Source: a virus
Taxonomy: Duplodnaviria > Caudoviricetes
Length of the DNA stretch: 53,009 bases
Direction: 5' to 3' (one strand)
IMG/VR virus record: IMGVR_UViG_3300029258_001781
Coordinates: 1-53,009 of that record
This document shows positions 1 through 9,862 of this stretch, piece by piece. Made by a program: the position numbers and the translations under genes. The notes beneath the pieces were generated by a model. That model made no database searches. It was not told the origin of the DNA and saw only the letters and a program-made list of their open reading frames with translations. Each line of letters begins with the position of its first letter. Within the stretch, counting starts at the first letter, position 1.

Positions 1-144
1 CCGGCGCATCCGAATCGCCCTCGTCCGCCGCGGCGTTTGCCGGCTCCGCGGGTTCGGTGGGCTCTTCCGCCGGGTTCATGTCTTCGGGGGCACTCGTATT
101 CTCCACCGGCGCAATCTCTTCGGCGCCGGGTTCGATATCGTCTT
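1..144. repeat. Terminal direct repeat (assembly circularisation overlap), copy 1
   Basis: 1-144 is identical to 52866-53009 and lies inside a continuous ORF, so it is an assembly overlap rather than a physical DTR. Confidence 0.95.
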
Positions 145-277
145 GTGCGTCATCATTCGGACGCATGCTCGACAACACGCCCGCAAAGCCCTGTCGATCC
201 TCGAAAGGGCCACCCTCGATAGACGGGCTGGCGGACTGCGGAGCAGTTTCGGGCTGGGTTTCTTGTTCAGGTGGCAT
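1..277 (-). CDS. 5' part of putative scaffold protein (ATG at 277, continues across the origin to 52141; ~333 aa)
   Basis: GAGGAAG RBS then ATG CCA CCT GAA..., in frame with 52141..52971; acidic, Pro-rich; lies between portal and capsid genes. Confidence 0.7.
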   Translation of the reverse strand, partial: MPPEQETQPETAPQSASPSIEGGPFEDRQGFAGVLSSMRPNDDAQDDIEPGAEEIAPVENTSAPEDMNPAEEPTEPAEPANAAADEGDSDAP

Positions 278-530
278 TGTCGTCTTCCTCGTGTTCAGGC
301 ATTTCATCCATGTGAGCCAGGTGCTCGGGGAACTTGAGATCCCATTCGCACTGTTTCATCTTCCCCAGCAAAAATCGTTCGGTATCGCGCGGGCAGGATT
401 CGTCGTCGCGCTTACCCTGGCACGAGACCGCTTGCATGTACGTCTGGAACTCAAACCACCGCCAGCACAGGCCATTCTTGAACTCAGCGATTTCGGCAAT
501 GGTCGGTGTGCGCTCGGGTTGCTGATACAT
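267..530 (-). CDS. Small hypothetical protein downstream of portal
   Basis: 87 aa, translationally coupled to the portal stop and the scaffold start. Confidence 0.7.
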   Translation of the reverse strand: MYQQPERTPTIAEIAEFKNGLCWRWFEFQTYMQAVSCQGKRDDESCPRDTERFLLGKMKQCEWDLKFPEHLAHMDEMPEHEEDDNAT

Positions 531-2575
531 CAGATCACCTGCTGCTGGCCAATAGGCACAAGGTTGCCGGCCGCCGCCTGTTCTTCAACCATTTCGTCGG
601 GCATCGGAGTACGAGTCACCTGCTCGACCTCGGGGTAATCGTCCAGATTGTCGACGCCGTTCCTTCGAAGAAAGGTCTTCATCACGCCGGCCCACGGAAT
701 GCCCTCGGTCATCTCCATCGCTACTTCGGGGATGGACATGCCCACTTTCAAAAGTTCCGACAGCGCCGACATATCGTCCGTCTGCGGCATCGCGCCGGAG
801 TAGGGCTCCATCTCAAACTTGATCTCGATGTTCCGCGGGTCGGCCAGGAACGACATGCCCGTGGGGTTGTCGCCGATCTGCTTGCGAATGCGGTCGGCGA
901 AGCGGCCCGCGAGGTCGACATGCTGCGGCGTCTGCCCGAACTGGATCATGTTGTGCAGCATCTTCCATCCGAGGTTCTTCATGTACTGGGCGCCGATCTT
1001 GAATGCAAGGCGCCGGAACCGCGTTGACGTCGACTGCACCTGAGCCTGCATCCCGAACTTCGTCGGGCGCTCGCTGCCAGCCAGTTCGCCGGGGCCGCCG
1101 ATTTGCTGCGAGCCGTTGCCACTGCGCGCAATCTCCTCGAACATCGCGATGAGCTGCATGTTCTGGGCGGAGTTGTCCATGTGCGGGAACTGCATGATTC
1201 CCGCCTCCATCATCTCCTTCGTCAGCGCCGGCACGATTGGACGCACCGTCTTACCGGGAAGATCGCTTGCGACATAGTCGCCCCAGTTCAGGATATTGTG
1301 GTTGAAAATCGTCAGGCCGCCGTTGACGTTCTTGGTCATGCTGGCCTGCGTCGTGCGGAAAATGTGGTCGACGTGATCGTGGATGCCGATGGTGCTCATC
1401 ACGTGTCCCATCGGGAAGAACGATTGACCGTCCGCGTTGGGTGCCATCATCAGACCGTTATCGCCGTAGTGCTCCAGGTCGAGCCGGTAGAAGCAGTTCA
1501 CCACCTCGTCGGCGCCGACCCCCAGCGCATAGCGCACGGGATACGTCTCGTCGCCAATGCCCCACTCCGCGGGGACAATGCGAATCTCGTTGTAATTGAT
1601 ATCGACGTTGTGGAAGTGCTCGCTGGCGTTTGGGCGTGAATCCGCGTAGGTCGTGCCCTGCTTGTCCTCTCGGCCCGATTGCCGCTTGTAATTGTTGCGA
1701 CTGATGCCGACGCCGTTCTGGGCAAGCAGCTTCGCGTACCAGCCGTTGAACCACTGCCCCGGGAACTCGCGCTCCAGGTCAAGCAGTTCATTGGCCTCAC
1801 ACGACCACGTTGTCCCCCGAAACGCGGCGCGGTCGATCTTGTTGGGCGTGCAGGCCGGATCGTGGTAGGAGTTATACATGTCCCACGGCTCGATCTCAGA
1901 GCCCTCCGCCTCGACTTCTTCCTCCATGTCGCGGATGATTTTGCCGACAAGGTGGCGAGGAAGTTTCTGGCCCATGGCCTCCGACGCAAACTTAAGGGCT
2001 TCCTCTGTAATCTCGCGCTGAACGGAGCGCTGCTTGCGGCGCCGGCGATAGCACAGGTTACCCATGCCCTTGCCATAGCGGAATGACACACGGGCAATAT
2101 CATCCGAGTGCAGCATGGCATCGAACGAGATGCACTGTCTCTGCACCATGTATTCCGCGGTTGCCGCCATCACCAGCGAGTCCGTACCGGGGAAGGGCTT
2201 CCAGCGAAAGACCGGGTCTTGATTGAACACCGCCTGAAACGCTGAACAAAACTCCTCTTCGGCCGCAAACGACATAGTGTGGACGACGTTGCGCGGGCGA
2301 TCCTTGGAGTTGTTTCGCGGGTTGGCATCCTCGGGAGACACGAAGCCGTTGCACTTCCAATCCATCTTTCGCATCAGGGAGTGCATCGGGCGAACCGCAG
2401 ACATGCCACGATCGGCAATATCCAAGGAGTATCGGACCAGCTTTTCGTGAAACTCGTGCCCCGGGCGCAATTTCTCCCCAAGCTCGCCGTAGTCGTACTC
2501 GAAGACCTTGTCCTTGAGGAGCTTCTTGCGGATTTCTGATGCCGCGTTGATTTCTTGCCAGTCTTCTTTCCTCAT
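530..2575 (-). CDS. Portal protein (podovirus/P22-like)
   Basis: ~680 aa, ATGA overlap with the terminase stop, position between terminase and scaffold. Confidence 0.8.
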   Translation of the reverse strand: MRKEDWQEINAASEIRKKLLKDKVFEYDYGELGEKLRPGHEFHEKLVRYSLDIADRGMSAVRPMHSLMRKMDWKCNGFVSPEDANPRNNSKDRPRNVVHTMSFAAEEEFCSAFQAVFNQDPVFRWKPFPGTDSLVMAATAEYMVQRQCISFDAMLHSDDIARVSFRYGKGMGNLCYRRRRKQRSVQREITEEALKFASEAMGQKLPRHLVGKIIRDMEEEVEAEGSEIEPWDMYNSYHDPACTPNKIDRAAFRGTTWSCEANELLDLEREFPGQWFNGWYAKLLAQNGVGISRNNYKRQSGREDKQGTTYADSRPNASEHFHNVDINYNEIRIVPAEWGIGDETYPVRYALGVGADEVVNCFYRLDLEHYGDNGLMMAPNADGQSFFPMGHVMSTIGIHDHVDHIFRTTQASMTKNVNGGLTIFNHNILNWGDYVASDLPGKTVRPIVPALTKEMMEAGIMQFPHMDNSAQNMQLIAMFEEIARSGNGSQQIGGPGELAGSERPTKFGMQAQVQSTSTRFRRLAFKIGAQYMKNLGWKMLHNMIQFGQTPQHVDLAGRFADRIRKQIGDNPTGMSFLADPRNIEIKFEMEPYSGAMPQTDDMSALSELLKVGMSIPEVAMEMTEGIPWAGVMKTFLRRNGVDNLDDYPEVEQVTRTPMPDEMVEEQAAAGNLVPIGQQQVI

Positions 2576-4377
2576 TGCACCGCCATCCATGTGCCGTCTT
2601 CGATATCTTGGGTCATTTGCTCATACGCCTGCATAACCGGGAACTGCTCAATGTTTTTGTACCGCTCGATCTTGTCGAACACGACACCGAGCTCGGCCAG
2701 GCACGCCGGGATGTACCCGAGGCAATCGGGGAAACACCAGTCCTCGGGCTCTGGGAAGTCTAGGAGCGTGCGTTCGAGGGTAGACTGGGAGTCAACCACG
2801 CCAGACGTGAACTCGTCGCCTCCCATGGCCTGTAGATCGGGGTGGTGGTAAACGTCGCCGTCCTGGTAGTAGGGGAGAATCTGCTGGGCACGCCACGCCT
2901 TGATCGCGTCACGGCCGACACCGTACTCACCTTGCGGCGTGTGCCCGCGGTCAAGCAAGAAGAGCTGCACCGGCATGCCCCGCTTGGTGATCGAATTGGT
3001 GAAGTTGATATCCGTCACGCCGCGCTGGCCGATGATTTCCACGAACACCATCTGGGAGTTGGTCTCGACGCACATCTCAAGAGCGGCATGGGGCACCTGA
3101 TTCGAGTTCAGGTGAAGCGCCCGTGCCCGGCGCACGTACACGCGACCCTCACGCGGGCGAACTGCCACGGCGATCATGCCGGTCAGGTCTGCCTGCTGGC
3201 TCGCGCTTTTCGACGGGTCCACTACGACAAACCGGATCGTTTCCGGGTCGCTTTGGAGTTCGGCGTCCATCTCCCGCGTGTAGTACCGGAACATGTCGCG
3301 GGTCCAGCACACGAACTCCTTGGCGCTGGGCTCGCACAGAACTTCGCGGTAGAACGTGTCCAGATACCGATTCTTGCGAGCAACGTCCGCCTCCGCCTGC
3401 AACTGCGCGTCGGTGCGGATATGCGGCCGAAGCGACTTGTAGACCACTTTCGTGGTCCCATCGGACTGCGGAATCTCCACCGCCTTGCCCATCGGCGTGC
3501 GAACGTGTTTCCACGCATCGGAATTGAGCAGGGTTACGATCAGCGCGTCGTTATGAATGTAGGTGCCGTTGAAGCGCCGGATGAACGGTGGACGCCAGTT
3601 GTAGAGCGCGTCGGCCGGCTTCTTCCAGCGCCAGGTCTTAGCGTCGGGTGCTACGTGCTGCGGCGCTGCTTTCTCGACCGCACCGAACCACCACGACTTG
3701 AGCTTACGCCGGTTGTCCGGGTTCAAGACTTCCTCATCGTCCTCAATGTCATCCGCGAACGTAGCGTCCGGACGAATGCGCTTTCCTCGAAGTAAGATGT
3801 TGCGGCCGCGCACACGCTGGTTGGCACCGCGCGGCAACACAAAGGCAAAGGGCTCGCCGCGCTCCGCCTTGGGAATCTTCGGGTGATGGGGATTGCACAG
3901 GAACCATGCTCGCCGACCGAAGGTCTTTTGCAGATCCGTGTCGATCTGCTTCGGCTTCATCAGGCCGAATACCTCCACAATAAAATCGTTCGTCAGCAAC
4001 TCCTGCTTGACGTTGTCCATCTCCGTGGCGGCGTCTTCGTAGGTCGATTGCAGGTACAGCACGAACTCCAGCAGGCGGAAGCACAGTCCACGGGAAACGA
4101 ACGCGGCCGAGCGCGAGGTCTTGCCGTCGCCGCGGTGGTTGCATTGCACCGCGTTGGTCTGCTCCATGTCGTCAATCGTGCGCCACGACTCACACGCATA
4201 CTTGTCGTCGGGGCGGTCGAAGGTCTCGTGCAGAACGGTATGAGCCCAATACTGACTCGGCGTCAGCTTCTCCGTCCCGTAGGCGGAGTACACCATGATC
4301 TCTTGAATCGCTGCGTCCTTCGTGTCGCAGATCGAGTCCAGTCCGGAGTCGGCGTATGTGTAGAAATTGGCGCTCAT
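2572..4377 (-). CDS. terL: Terminase large subunit
   Basis: Walker A HRGDGKTS, Walker B FADDIED, RNase H-like nuclease motif VVVDPS and C-terminal PDC motif. Confidence 0.9.
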   Translation of the reverse strand: MSANFYTYADSGLDSICDTKDAAIQEIMVYSAYGTEKLTPSQYWAHTVLHETFDRPDDKYACESWRTIDDMEQTNAVQCNHRGDGKTSRSAAFVSRGLCFRLLEFVLYLQSTYEDAATEMDNVKQELLTNDFIVEVFGLMKPKQIDTDLQKTFGRRAWFLCNPHHPKIPKAERGEPFAFVLPRGANQRVRGRNILLRGKRIRPDATFADDIEDDEEVLNPDNRRKLKSWWFGAVEKAAPQHVAPDAKTWRWKKPADALYNWRPPFIRRFNGTYIHNDALIVTLLNSDAWKHVRTPMGKAVEIPQSDGTTKVVYKSLRPHIRTDAQLQAEADVARKNRYLDTFYREVLCEPSAKEFVCWTRDMFRYYTREMDAELQSDPETIRFVVVDPSKSASQQADLTGMIAVAVRPREGRVYVRRARALHLNSNQVPHAALEMCVETNSQMVFVEIIGQRGVTDINFTNSITKRGMPVQLFLLDRGHTPQGEYGVGRDAIKAWRAQQILPYYQDGDVYHHPDLQAMGGDEFTSGVVDSQSTLERTLLDFPEPEDWCFPDCLGYIPACLAELGVVFDKIERYKNIEQFPVMQAYEQMTQDIEDGTWMAVQ

Positions 4378-4380
4378 AAT

Positions 4381-4414
4381 AAAAAAGCCCACCGGTCCTG
4401 TTGGACAAGTGGGC
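4381..4414 (-). terminator. Intrinsic terminator directly upstream of terL
   Basis: Minus-strand hairpin GCCCAC...GTGGGC followed by TTTTTT. Confidence 0.65.
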
Positions 4415-4441
4415 CGCGACGGTTTCCCGTGGGGGCGTCTT

Positions 4442-4543
4442 TTATTCCTCTCTGGTCAGTTTGAAGCCATAACGTCGTGCAATCGCGTTGGCCATCAGCA
4501 GGAGCCCCCGCATCATATCACGCCAAAACTCTTTCTCGGACAC
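4442..4543 (-). CDS. 33-aa hypothetical peptide
   Basis: GTG start after a GAGGGAG RBS; amphipathic helix (SEKEFWRDMMRGLLLMANAIARRYG). Confidence 0.45.
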   Translation of the reverse strand: MSEKEFWRDMMRGLLLMANAIARRYGFKLTREE

Positions 4544-4545
4544 TG

Positions 4546-4920
4546 CTACTCCCTCATGCGATGAACAACGGTCGTCTCCGCGGCCGACCCTGCGGTCGCC
4601 TGGAACCGGATTTCGTGAAACGGGAACAAGTCGATCTGCGCCATGCCGTTGGCCCCGCCGGCCAGGGTGTTCAGCCCGCCCTGAACGCCGCGAAGAATGC
4701 CGGCGATGGTGCCCCAGTCGGAACCAGTGAGCACGGTGTACCACGTCCCGTTGGGCGTGAACCGCGCCTCCATGATCAGATTCGTCAACGCATTGGCGCT
4801 GGTGTTGCTGATGTGGATGACGAGTTGCGAATAGCTTTTGACCAAGATATTGGGGGTGATACTCTTGGCGGTCGTGATCGCGGCAGTGCTGGTCTCCGCA
4901 CCTTCTTGCTGTCGAAGCAT
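4546..4920 (-). CDS. Putative beta-sandwich virion/decoration protein
   Basis: AGGAG RBS; beta-rich, Thr/Ala/Gly-rich. Confidence 0.55.
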   Translation of the reverse strand: MLRQQEGAETSTAAITTAKSITPNILVKSYSQLVIHISNTSANALTNLIMEARFTPNGTWYTVLTGSDWGTIAGILRGVQGGLNTLAGGANGMAQIDLFPFHEIRFQATAGSAAETTVVHRMRE

Positions 4921-4930
4921 GATGATTCTC

Positions 4931-5950
4931 CTACGGAATGCGCTCAAGCGCGACGACTGCCATGTCGTCTTTGAAGTTGCGCGAAAACTCTTCTTCTACC
5001 ATGACCCCAGGGACACCGTAAACATTCACGTGATCAATCGAGATCTGAAACGTTCCATCGGTAACCGTGGGGGTAAACGAAAGCGTCGGCGTTGCGCTGG
5101 GGGCGTTGGTGTAGAGCACGTACCGGCCGTTGAAACTGGTCGACGAAATGCCGGTGCGCTCCCAGTAGAAGTCGCCACCGATATCGACCTTTAGGTCGCC
5201 CGTCCCTGAGTTGTCATAGGTCAGCCCGAACTCGATCATGTAGAAGGAGTCCGCGGTCATGCCCGCCAGCGCGTGGGTCAGCGCAGCGTTACTCGAAGCA
5301 TGGTTGTACGACGCCTTGTTGCTGCCCTGCGACCAGCCCGTGCCCTCGGTCCACGCCTCACCGGTGTCATTGCGAAAGTCGCCTTCCCAAAAACCGTCCG
5401 TGCCGTTGTTGGGGCCGTAGGTCGCTGCGGCTGCCGGATTGCCACTCGACCCCTTGGCATCAACGGCGTATCTGAGCGTGTAGTTGCCGTTGAGCTCTTG
5501 CTTCCGACTGCCGCGCACGCTCAACACAGATCCGGCGGCGAAGTCATCCCAAATATCCGCAATCGAAGCGGCGTCATTGTAGAGCATCACGCTCCGTGGC
5601 ATCAGCGTTTCGTAGCGGTTGTCATAGTGGTAGTCGGGCTTGACTCCCAGATCGAAATGCTTGAGACCTGACGGGGAATTGCGGCGATACTCTTTGGCCC
5701 ATGCCGACGCAATCAAGGGTGCCGTGCTCTCATCCCCAAGCTCGGCTCCGATACGCCGCATCAGCGCATCGGACGCTTCCAGGAGGTTGTTCACACGGGT
5801 TTCGATGGTGTCCGGTGTCTCTCCCTGCGCCTGCAACTGCTCGACCAGCCGCCCGATCGCAAGCGTCGCATCGCCACCCTCAATCAAAGCCTGGCCACAC
5901 TCACGCATTTGGTGGCCAAGCTGCTCAGGCCGGGAGTAGACGGTCGGCAT
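4931..5950 (-). CDS. Putative virion protein with an inserted carbohydrate-binding-like jelly-roll domain
   Basis: WTEGTGWSQG...YMIEFGL...ISIDHVNV pattern, similar to an insert in 44324..46264. Confidence 0.6.
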   Translation of the reverse strand: MPTVYSRPEQLGHQMRECGQALIEGGDATLAIGRLVEQLQAQGETPDTIETRVNNLLEASDALMRRIGAELGDESTAPLIASAWAKEYRRNSPSGLKHFDLGVKPDYHYDNRYETLMPRSVMLYNDAASIADIWDDFAAGSVLSVRGSRKQELNGNYTLRYAVDAKGSSGNPAAAATYGPNNGTDGFWEGDFRNDTGEAWTEGTGWSQGSNKASYNHASSNAALTHALAGMTADSFYMIEFGLTYDNSGTGDLKVDIGGDFYWERTGISSTSFNGRYVLYTNAPSATPTLSFTPTVTDGTFQISIDHVNVYGVPGVMVEEEFSRNFKDDMAVVALERIP

Positions 5951-5953
5951 CGG

Positions 5954-6334
5954 TTACCCCTTCGGCTTCGGGCCGGGTTTCTTCGGCGGCGGCGGAGTGT
6001 CGGACTTCTCTTCCTTCGGCTCCGACGTTTTCTTGCCGGTGAGTTCGGCCAGCGCTTCACGCATTTCGCCAATCTGCTCGACCAAATCCTTGGTGATCTC
6101 GGCGATCTCCGACTTCAACGCTTCTTCCGGCGGCGCGGGCGGCTCAGCGTTCACCTGAACCTCGTCGCGCGCCTCGGGCTCGGCGAAAATCACGATGTTG
6201 GGCTTGCCGGCCTGGACGCCGTCAACGGTGCAAGAGCCCGTAACGCGGTGGCACTGGCCGTTGATCTTGGCGACGATCTCACCCCCCTCAGGGGTCTGGC
6301 GGAGATGGGTCAGAAGCTGGGATGCTGGTGTCAT
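5954..6334 (-). CDS. Hypothetical protein with Pro/Lys-rich tail
   Basis: GAGGA RBS; tiles the operon. Confidence 0.65.
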   Translation of the reverse strand: MTPASQLLTHLRQTPEGGEIVAKINGQCHRVTGSCTVDGVQAGKPNIVIFAEPEARDEVQVNAEPPAPPEEALKSEIAEITKDLVEQIGEMREALAELTGKKTSEPKEEKSDTPPPPKKPGPKPKG

Positions 6335-6884
6335 GGTCGGAGTCCTCTATTATGACCTCGTTCGATGTAAGCATTCTCCTGCTCTTCTCCACGAAGTCGG
6401 TTAAGCTGTCGGTGGTCTGCGGCGTGGATGTTCCTTCATTCCCTGTGGGTTTTGCAAATCGCCGCTTGGGGTCGCGATCTTGGGCGTCCATACTGGCGTC
6501 GAGTCGGACACGACTGGCACGCCGGCTCCCCTTTACTACGCCCTCTTGATATTCGAAGCCCTGAACCGCCATTTTCTCCCTGCGCGCATTCAGCGCCTTC
6601 ATCTCCTGCTGCACCTGGAACTTGATGTAGGCGATGTACTGGCGCACGGGCTCGAACGCCAACACCTTCATCACCGCCGGCTTGCCGATCTTGGTCAGAT
6701 CGCAGATATCGTCGACGGTGACGCCCTCGACTCGAAGCTGGGCAATTATACGGTGATCGGGCGGCGCCTGCTCCCAGAAGTTGTCGTATTTGTAGTTGCC
6801 ACTGGCGCGAATCCCCCCCTTGGGGATCTGGGTGACGAGCTGGGAAAAGTCTTTCGCGATCGCAGTTTCGGTGTCCGGGTTCAA
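6288..6884 (-). CDS. Putative terminase small subunit / HTH DNA-binding protein (TTG start)
   Basis: HTH-like IIAQLRVEGVTVDDICDLTKIGKPAVMKVL and VRLDAS...DR motif; TTGA overlap with the holin stop; upstream of terL. Confidence 0.5.
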   Translation of the reverse strand: MNPDTETAIAKDFSQLVTQIPKGGIRASGNYKYDNFWEQAPPDHRIIAQLRVEGVTVDDICDLTKIGKPAVMKVLAFEPVRQYIAYIKFQVQQEMKALNARREKMAVQGFEYQEGVVKGSRRASRVRLDASMDAQDRDPKRRFAKPTGNEGTSTPQTTDSLTDFVEKSRRMLTSNEVIIEDSDHDTSIPASDPSPPDP

Positions 6885-7108
6885 AGCACGCGATCCAAGA
6901 AAGACCCATCCACCGCAACGTTGTTGCGATACCACTGCATACCAACGCGGGCGGCAACCCAAAGCGCGCCGCCCCCGGCGGCCAGCGCTTCGTTGTCGGT
7001 GGTGAGGACGGCGGCAGCGCCAACACACATGGCCGCAGCAATCCACAATATCTGATTGAGCCAACCAGGTACGGTTGGGCTGACTTTCTTGGGGGCAGGA
7101 AGATTCAT
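6881..7108 (-). CDS. Putative holin (2 TM)
   Basis: 75 aa with two hydrophobic segments, directly after the endolysin; AGGAG RBS. Confidence 0.6.
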   Translation of the reverse strand: MNLPAPKKVSPTVPGWLNQILWIAAAMCVGAAAVLTTDNEALAAGGGALWVAARVGMQWYRNNVAVDGSFLDRVL

Positions 7109-7118
7109 GGTGTAACTC

Positions 7119-7574
7119 CTAGTTGAAAACGTGCCAGACCGGCCCCGGTCGAACATCGAGATGAACAAACGAGCGGTATACCTTGATGCCCCCGCGGGCA
7201 AAACAATTCACCTGCACGGCAACTTCCGCCAGCTCACGGGGGGTCAAGGCGCCGCGAGCGTCTACATCACAGGCGCGGCCGCTCATGTGCTGTGAGAACG
7301 CTGCGGAGCCTGGGATGCTGGCATTGGCCTCCCGTGTGCGAAACCCGCGGAGTAGCAGGCCGTTTTCGGGCTGATTGACGTACAGGCCCGTGTCGACAAG
7401 ATTCCGGACAAACTGCAACCCATCAAGCAGGCGAGTCGAAATCAGGAAGTAATCGTCGTCACGACTGCGGAACTCCCACGGCGAAAAATTGGGCCAGCGC
7501 GAATCCAGTCCGTAGGGCCATGATTCCCAATCACCACGAAGATCCAGATCTGTCAAAACGCCAGGTTCTTGCAT
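7119..7574 (-). CDS. Endolysin, peptidase M15A (Zn metallopeptidase) family
   Basis: FSPWEF, SQHMSGRACD and FVHLDVR motifs. Confidence 0.88.
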   Translation of the reverse strand: MQEPGVLTDLDLRGDWESWPYGLDSRWPNFSPWEFRSRDDDYFLISTRLLDGLQFVRNLVDTGLYVNQPENGLLLRGFRTREANASIPGSAAFSQHMSGRACDVDARGALTPRELAEVAVQVNCFARGGIKVYRSFVHLDVRPGPVWHVFN

Positions 7575-7625
7575 GACTCGCTCCTATCCGGAGCACACGA
7601 TACCGCAAACACCCGTTGGCGTCAA

Positions 7626-9002
7626 CTAGAACAAGACCTCATCCTCACTATAAGGAAGCTCTGGTTCCTGCTCTACTTCGCTGAGTTCCATGACCTGTTG
7701 GGTGGACTTCTCAAAGTAGAGTTTACCCATCCCCACTGGTCCGCCCCTGTGTTTCGCGACACACCAGCCGAGAACGTTGTTCGGGTCTATCTCGCCGCCA
7801 TCGCCCTTCGGGGCCTTGGTCGGATACAGCACGATCACTTTATCGGCATCCTCTTCGATGGAGCCGCCGCCCTTCATGTGACTCAGCAGGTTGTAGGGAT
7901 TCTTTTCTTGGTCGGCCATGCGGTTAAGCTGGGCCAACGCCAATATGGGGACATGCAACTCCTTCGCCAGCGCCTTGAGGCCGCGCGACGTCTCTTCGAT
8001 TTCCTCTACGCGCTTACGATTGGATTGTCCGCGCATTAACTGCAAGTAGTCGATTCCGATAAATCCCAACTGCTCATTCTCTCGGGCCCAGCGTCGAGCG
8101 TGCTTCCGCATTTCGGTGATATCCATGGTCGAAGCGTCCACGATTGAGACCTTGGTGTCGGTGAAGTCGCCCGCTGTGGAGGCAAGTGTGCCGAGTCGCT
8201 GTTGAGCAAGAAACCCGTTGTGCTTGATATCGGCAATGCAGATCTTGTTGTGGATGGACAGAATGCGCTCGACCAACTGATTTCGCGGCATTTCGAGGGA
8301 AAAGATCAATACTGGTAGCTTGCGCTCGACGCCTATGTGATGCACAGCGTTCATCAGCATGGCTGTCTTGCCGACACCCGGGCGCGCTGCGCAGACCACC
8401 AGATCGCCCTTATTGATTCCCTGCGTGACCTCGTCCACTGATCGAACGCCCATCAAAAGCCCAGGCTCCACCTTGCCCTCGACAATACGGCAACGATTTT
8501 CGATAACCTCTGGAACGATCGCGTCAAGGGTGAACTGCTCTCCTTGGAGGTCGTTGTGCTGCAAGGCCGTCAGGCTCGCTTCCAACTCTTCCATGATTTC
8601 GGCCGAGTCGGTATCCGAATGGAAAGCAAGTGAAGCGGCTTTGGTCGCCGACTCGATTATCCCGCGAAGCCGATGACACTCCAGCACGATTCGCGCATAG
8701 TGTTCGATGTTGGCCGAGGTAGGTACGGCACTGGTCAGGTCCGCAACGTAGGAGGCGCCACCAACATCCTCCAGTTTGCCCTTCTTGCCAAGTCGCGTTA
8801 TGAGCGTGAGCACGTCGATGGGAACATCGGCTGCGTGCATGCCCACCATCGTCTTGTAGATAGTGCCATGGGGATTGGAGTAAAAAACATCGGAGCGCGG
8901 CCCAAGAGTCTCTACAGCAACTTCGGCTGCATCGCCATTCAAAAGTATAGCGCCCAATACAGAGCGCTCGGCCTCGATGTTTTGCGGTGGATCAGGCTGC
9001 AC
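7626..9002 (-). CDS. dnaB: Replicative DNA helicase DnaB
   Basis: PPQNIEAERSVLG, ARPGVGKT, FSLEM, IDYLQL, LAQLNR, SIEEDAD, AKHRGGP. Confidence 0.97.
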   Translation of the reverse strand: MQPDPPQNIEAERSVLGAILLNGDAAEVAVETLGPRSDVFYSNPHGTIYKTMVGMHAADVPIDVLTLITRLGKKGKLEDVGGASYVADLTSAVPTSANIEHYARIVLECHRLRGIIESATKAASLAFHSDTDSAEIMEELEASLTALQHNDLQGEQFTLDAIVPEVIENRCRIVEGKVEPGLLMGVRSVDEVTQGINKGDLVVCAARPGVGKTAMLMNAVHHIGVERKLPVLIFSLEMPRNQLVERILSIHNKICIADIKHNGFLAQQRLGTLASTAGDFTDTKVSIVDASTMDITEMRKHARRWARENEQLGFIGIDYLQLMRGQSNRKRVEEIEETSRGLKALAKELHVPILALAQLNRMADQEKNPYNLLSHMKGGGSIEEDADKVIVLYPTKAPKGDGGEIDPNNVLGWCVAKHRGGPVGMGKLYFEKSTQQVMELSEVEQEPELPYSEDEVLF

Positions 9003-9297
9003 AGATCCGCTCCACCTGCTGCACGAGATTGTCCGAGATGCGTTCGAGATTCAGCATGTACTCCACGACCGTTGTGTTATTGGTGTTCTCGTCGGCGATT
9101 CGAAGCGATACCGACTTGAGTGCTTGGGACATGCGAGCGTGGTGAGACACGTTCTGCCAGTCGTCATACTTCTTCGTCGAGTTCTTCTTCTTCCGTGTCT
9201 TCCTCTCCTGCACCGTCCAGTTCAGTGGGTCCGTCTTCTTCAAGCGGAACCTCGTCCCCTTCAACTCGATGGTCGTTGCTGAATCCTGATCGCTCAT
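8992..9297 (-). CDS. Hypothetical protein
   Basis: 101 aa ORF overlapping both neighbours. Confidence 0.55.
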   Translation of the reverse strand: MSDQDSATTIELKGTRFRLKKTDPLNWTVQERKTRKKKNSTKKYDDWQNVSHHARMSQALKSVSLRIADENTNNTTVVEYMLNLERISDNLVQQVERICAA

Positions 9298-9862
9298 GGC
9301 TCTTTCCTTTTTGCTTCGCGAAGTTCTTCCACGCCAGCACGTGGAACCGCGGAGATGGCATTGCTCGGTACTCGGGTAAAAAATTCAACAGCACGTATTG
9401 CCGATACTGGGTCACTGGCATTGCGCCGGGGGCGACCTCGGGCCGGATACGCGGACGAAGCATGATGAGGTCGACGTAATCGAGCGCATCATTCATGGCC
9501 AGGGTCAAAGCACGGAATTCGACCAGCATCAGCGTGGCGCAGTTCTTGTCCTGCTGCTCACGCGCCTTATCAAGCCATAGTTCGAGCTCGACAGGGGGCG
9601 GGTAGCAGTAGGCGTAGTAACGGTTGTGCCCGTAGGCTGAATCCTCGTACCAATCCATTTCCAGGCCATTCATGAACACGTTGATGTGCTTGCCCTCGGC
9701 CGCGAAGCAATTGTGATCATCCGCGCAAACATCGACGCTCGGCCAGCCCCATATCTTGGTAATCGCATGACGGAGCTTTCTCGGCGTTCGATATTCCGTG
9801 CTCTCCGCGGCATGCGCAAACCGCCGGCGAGGGTGCCGGATGACAGACTTCTTTCGCGCCAT
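9164..9862 (-). CDS. Phage N6-adenine methyltransferase (phage Dam family) paralogue, probably inactive
   Basis: YRTP, DVCADDHN, NGLEMDW and WLDKA motifs; catalytic NPPY replaced by YPPP. Confidence 0.7.
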   Translation of the reverse strand: MARKKSVIRHPRRRFAHAAESTEYRTPRKLRHAITKIWGWPSVDVCADDHNCFAAEGKHINVFMNGLEMDWYEDSAYGHNRYYAYCYPPPVELELWLDKAREQQDKNCATLMLVEFRALTLAMNDALDYVDLIMLRPRIRPEVAPGAMPVTQYRQYVLLNFLPEYRAMPSPRFHVLAWKNFAKQKGKSHERSGFSNDHRVEGDEVPLEEDGPTELDGAGEEDTEEEELDEEV

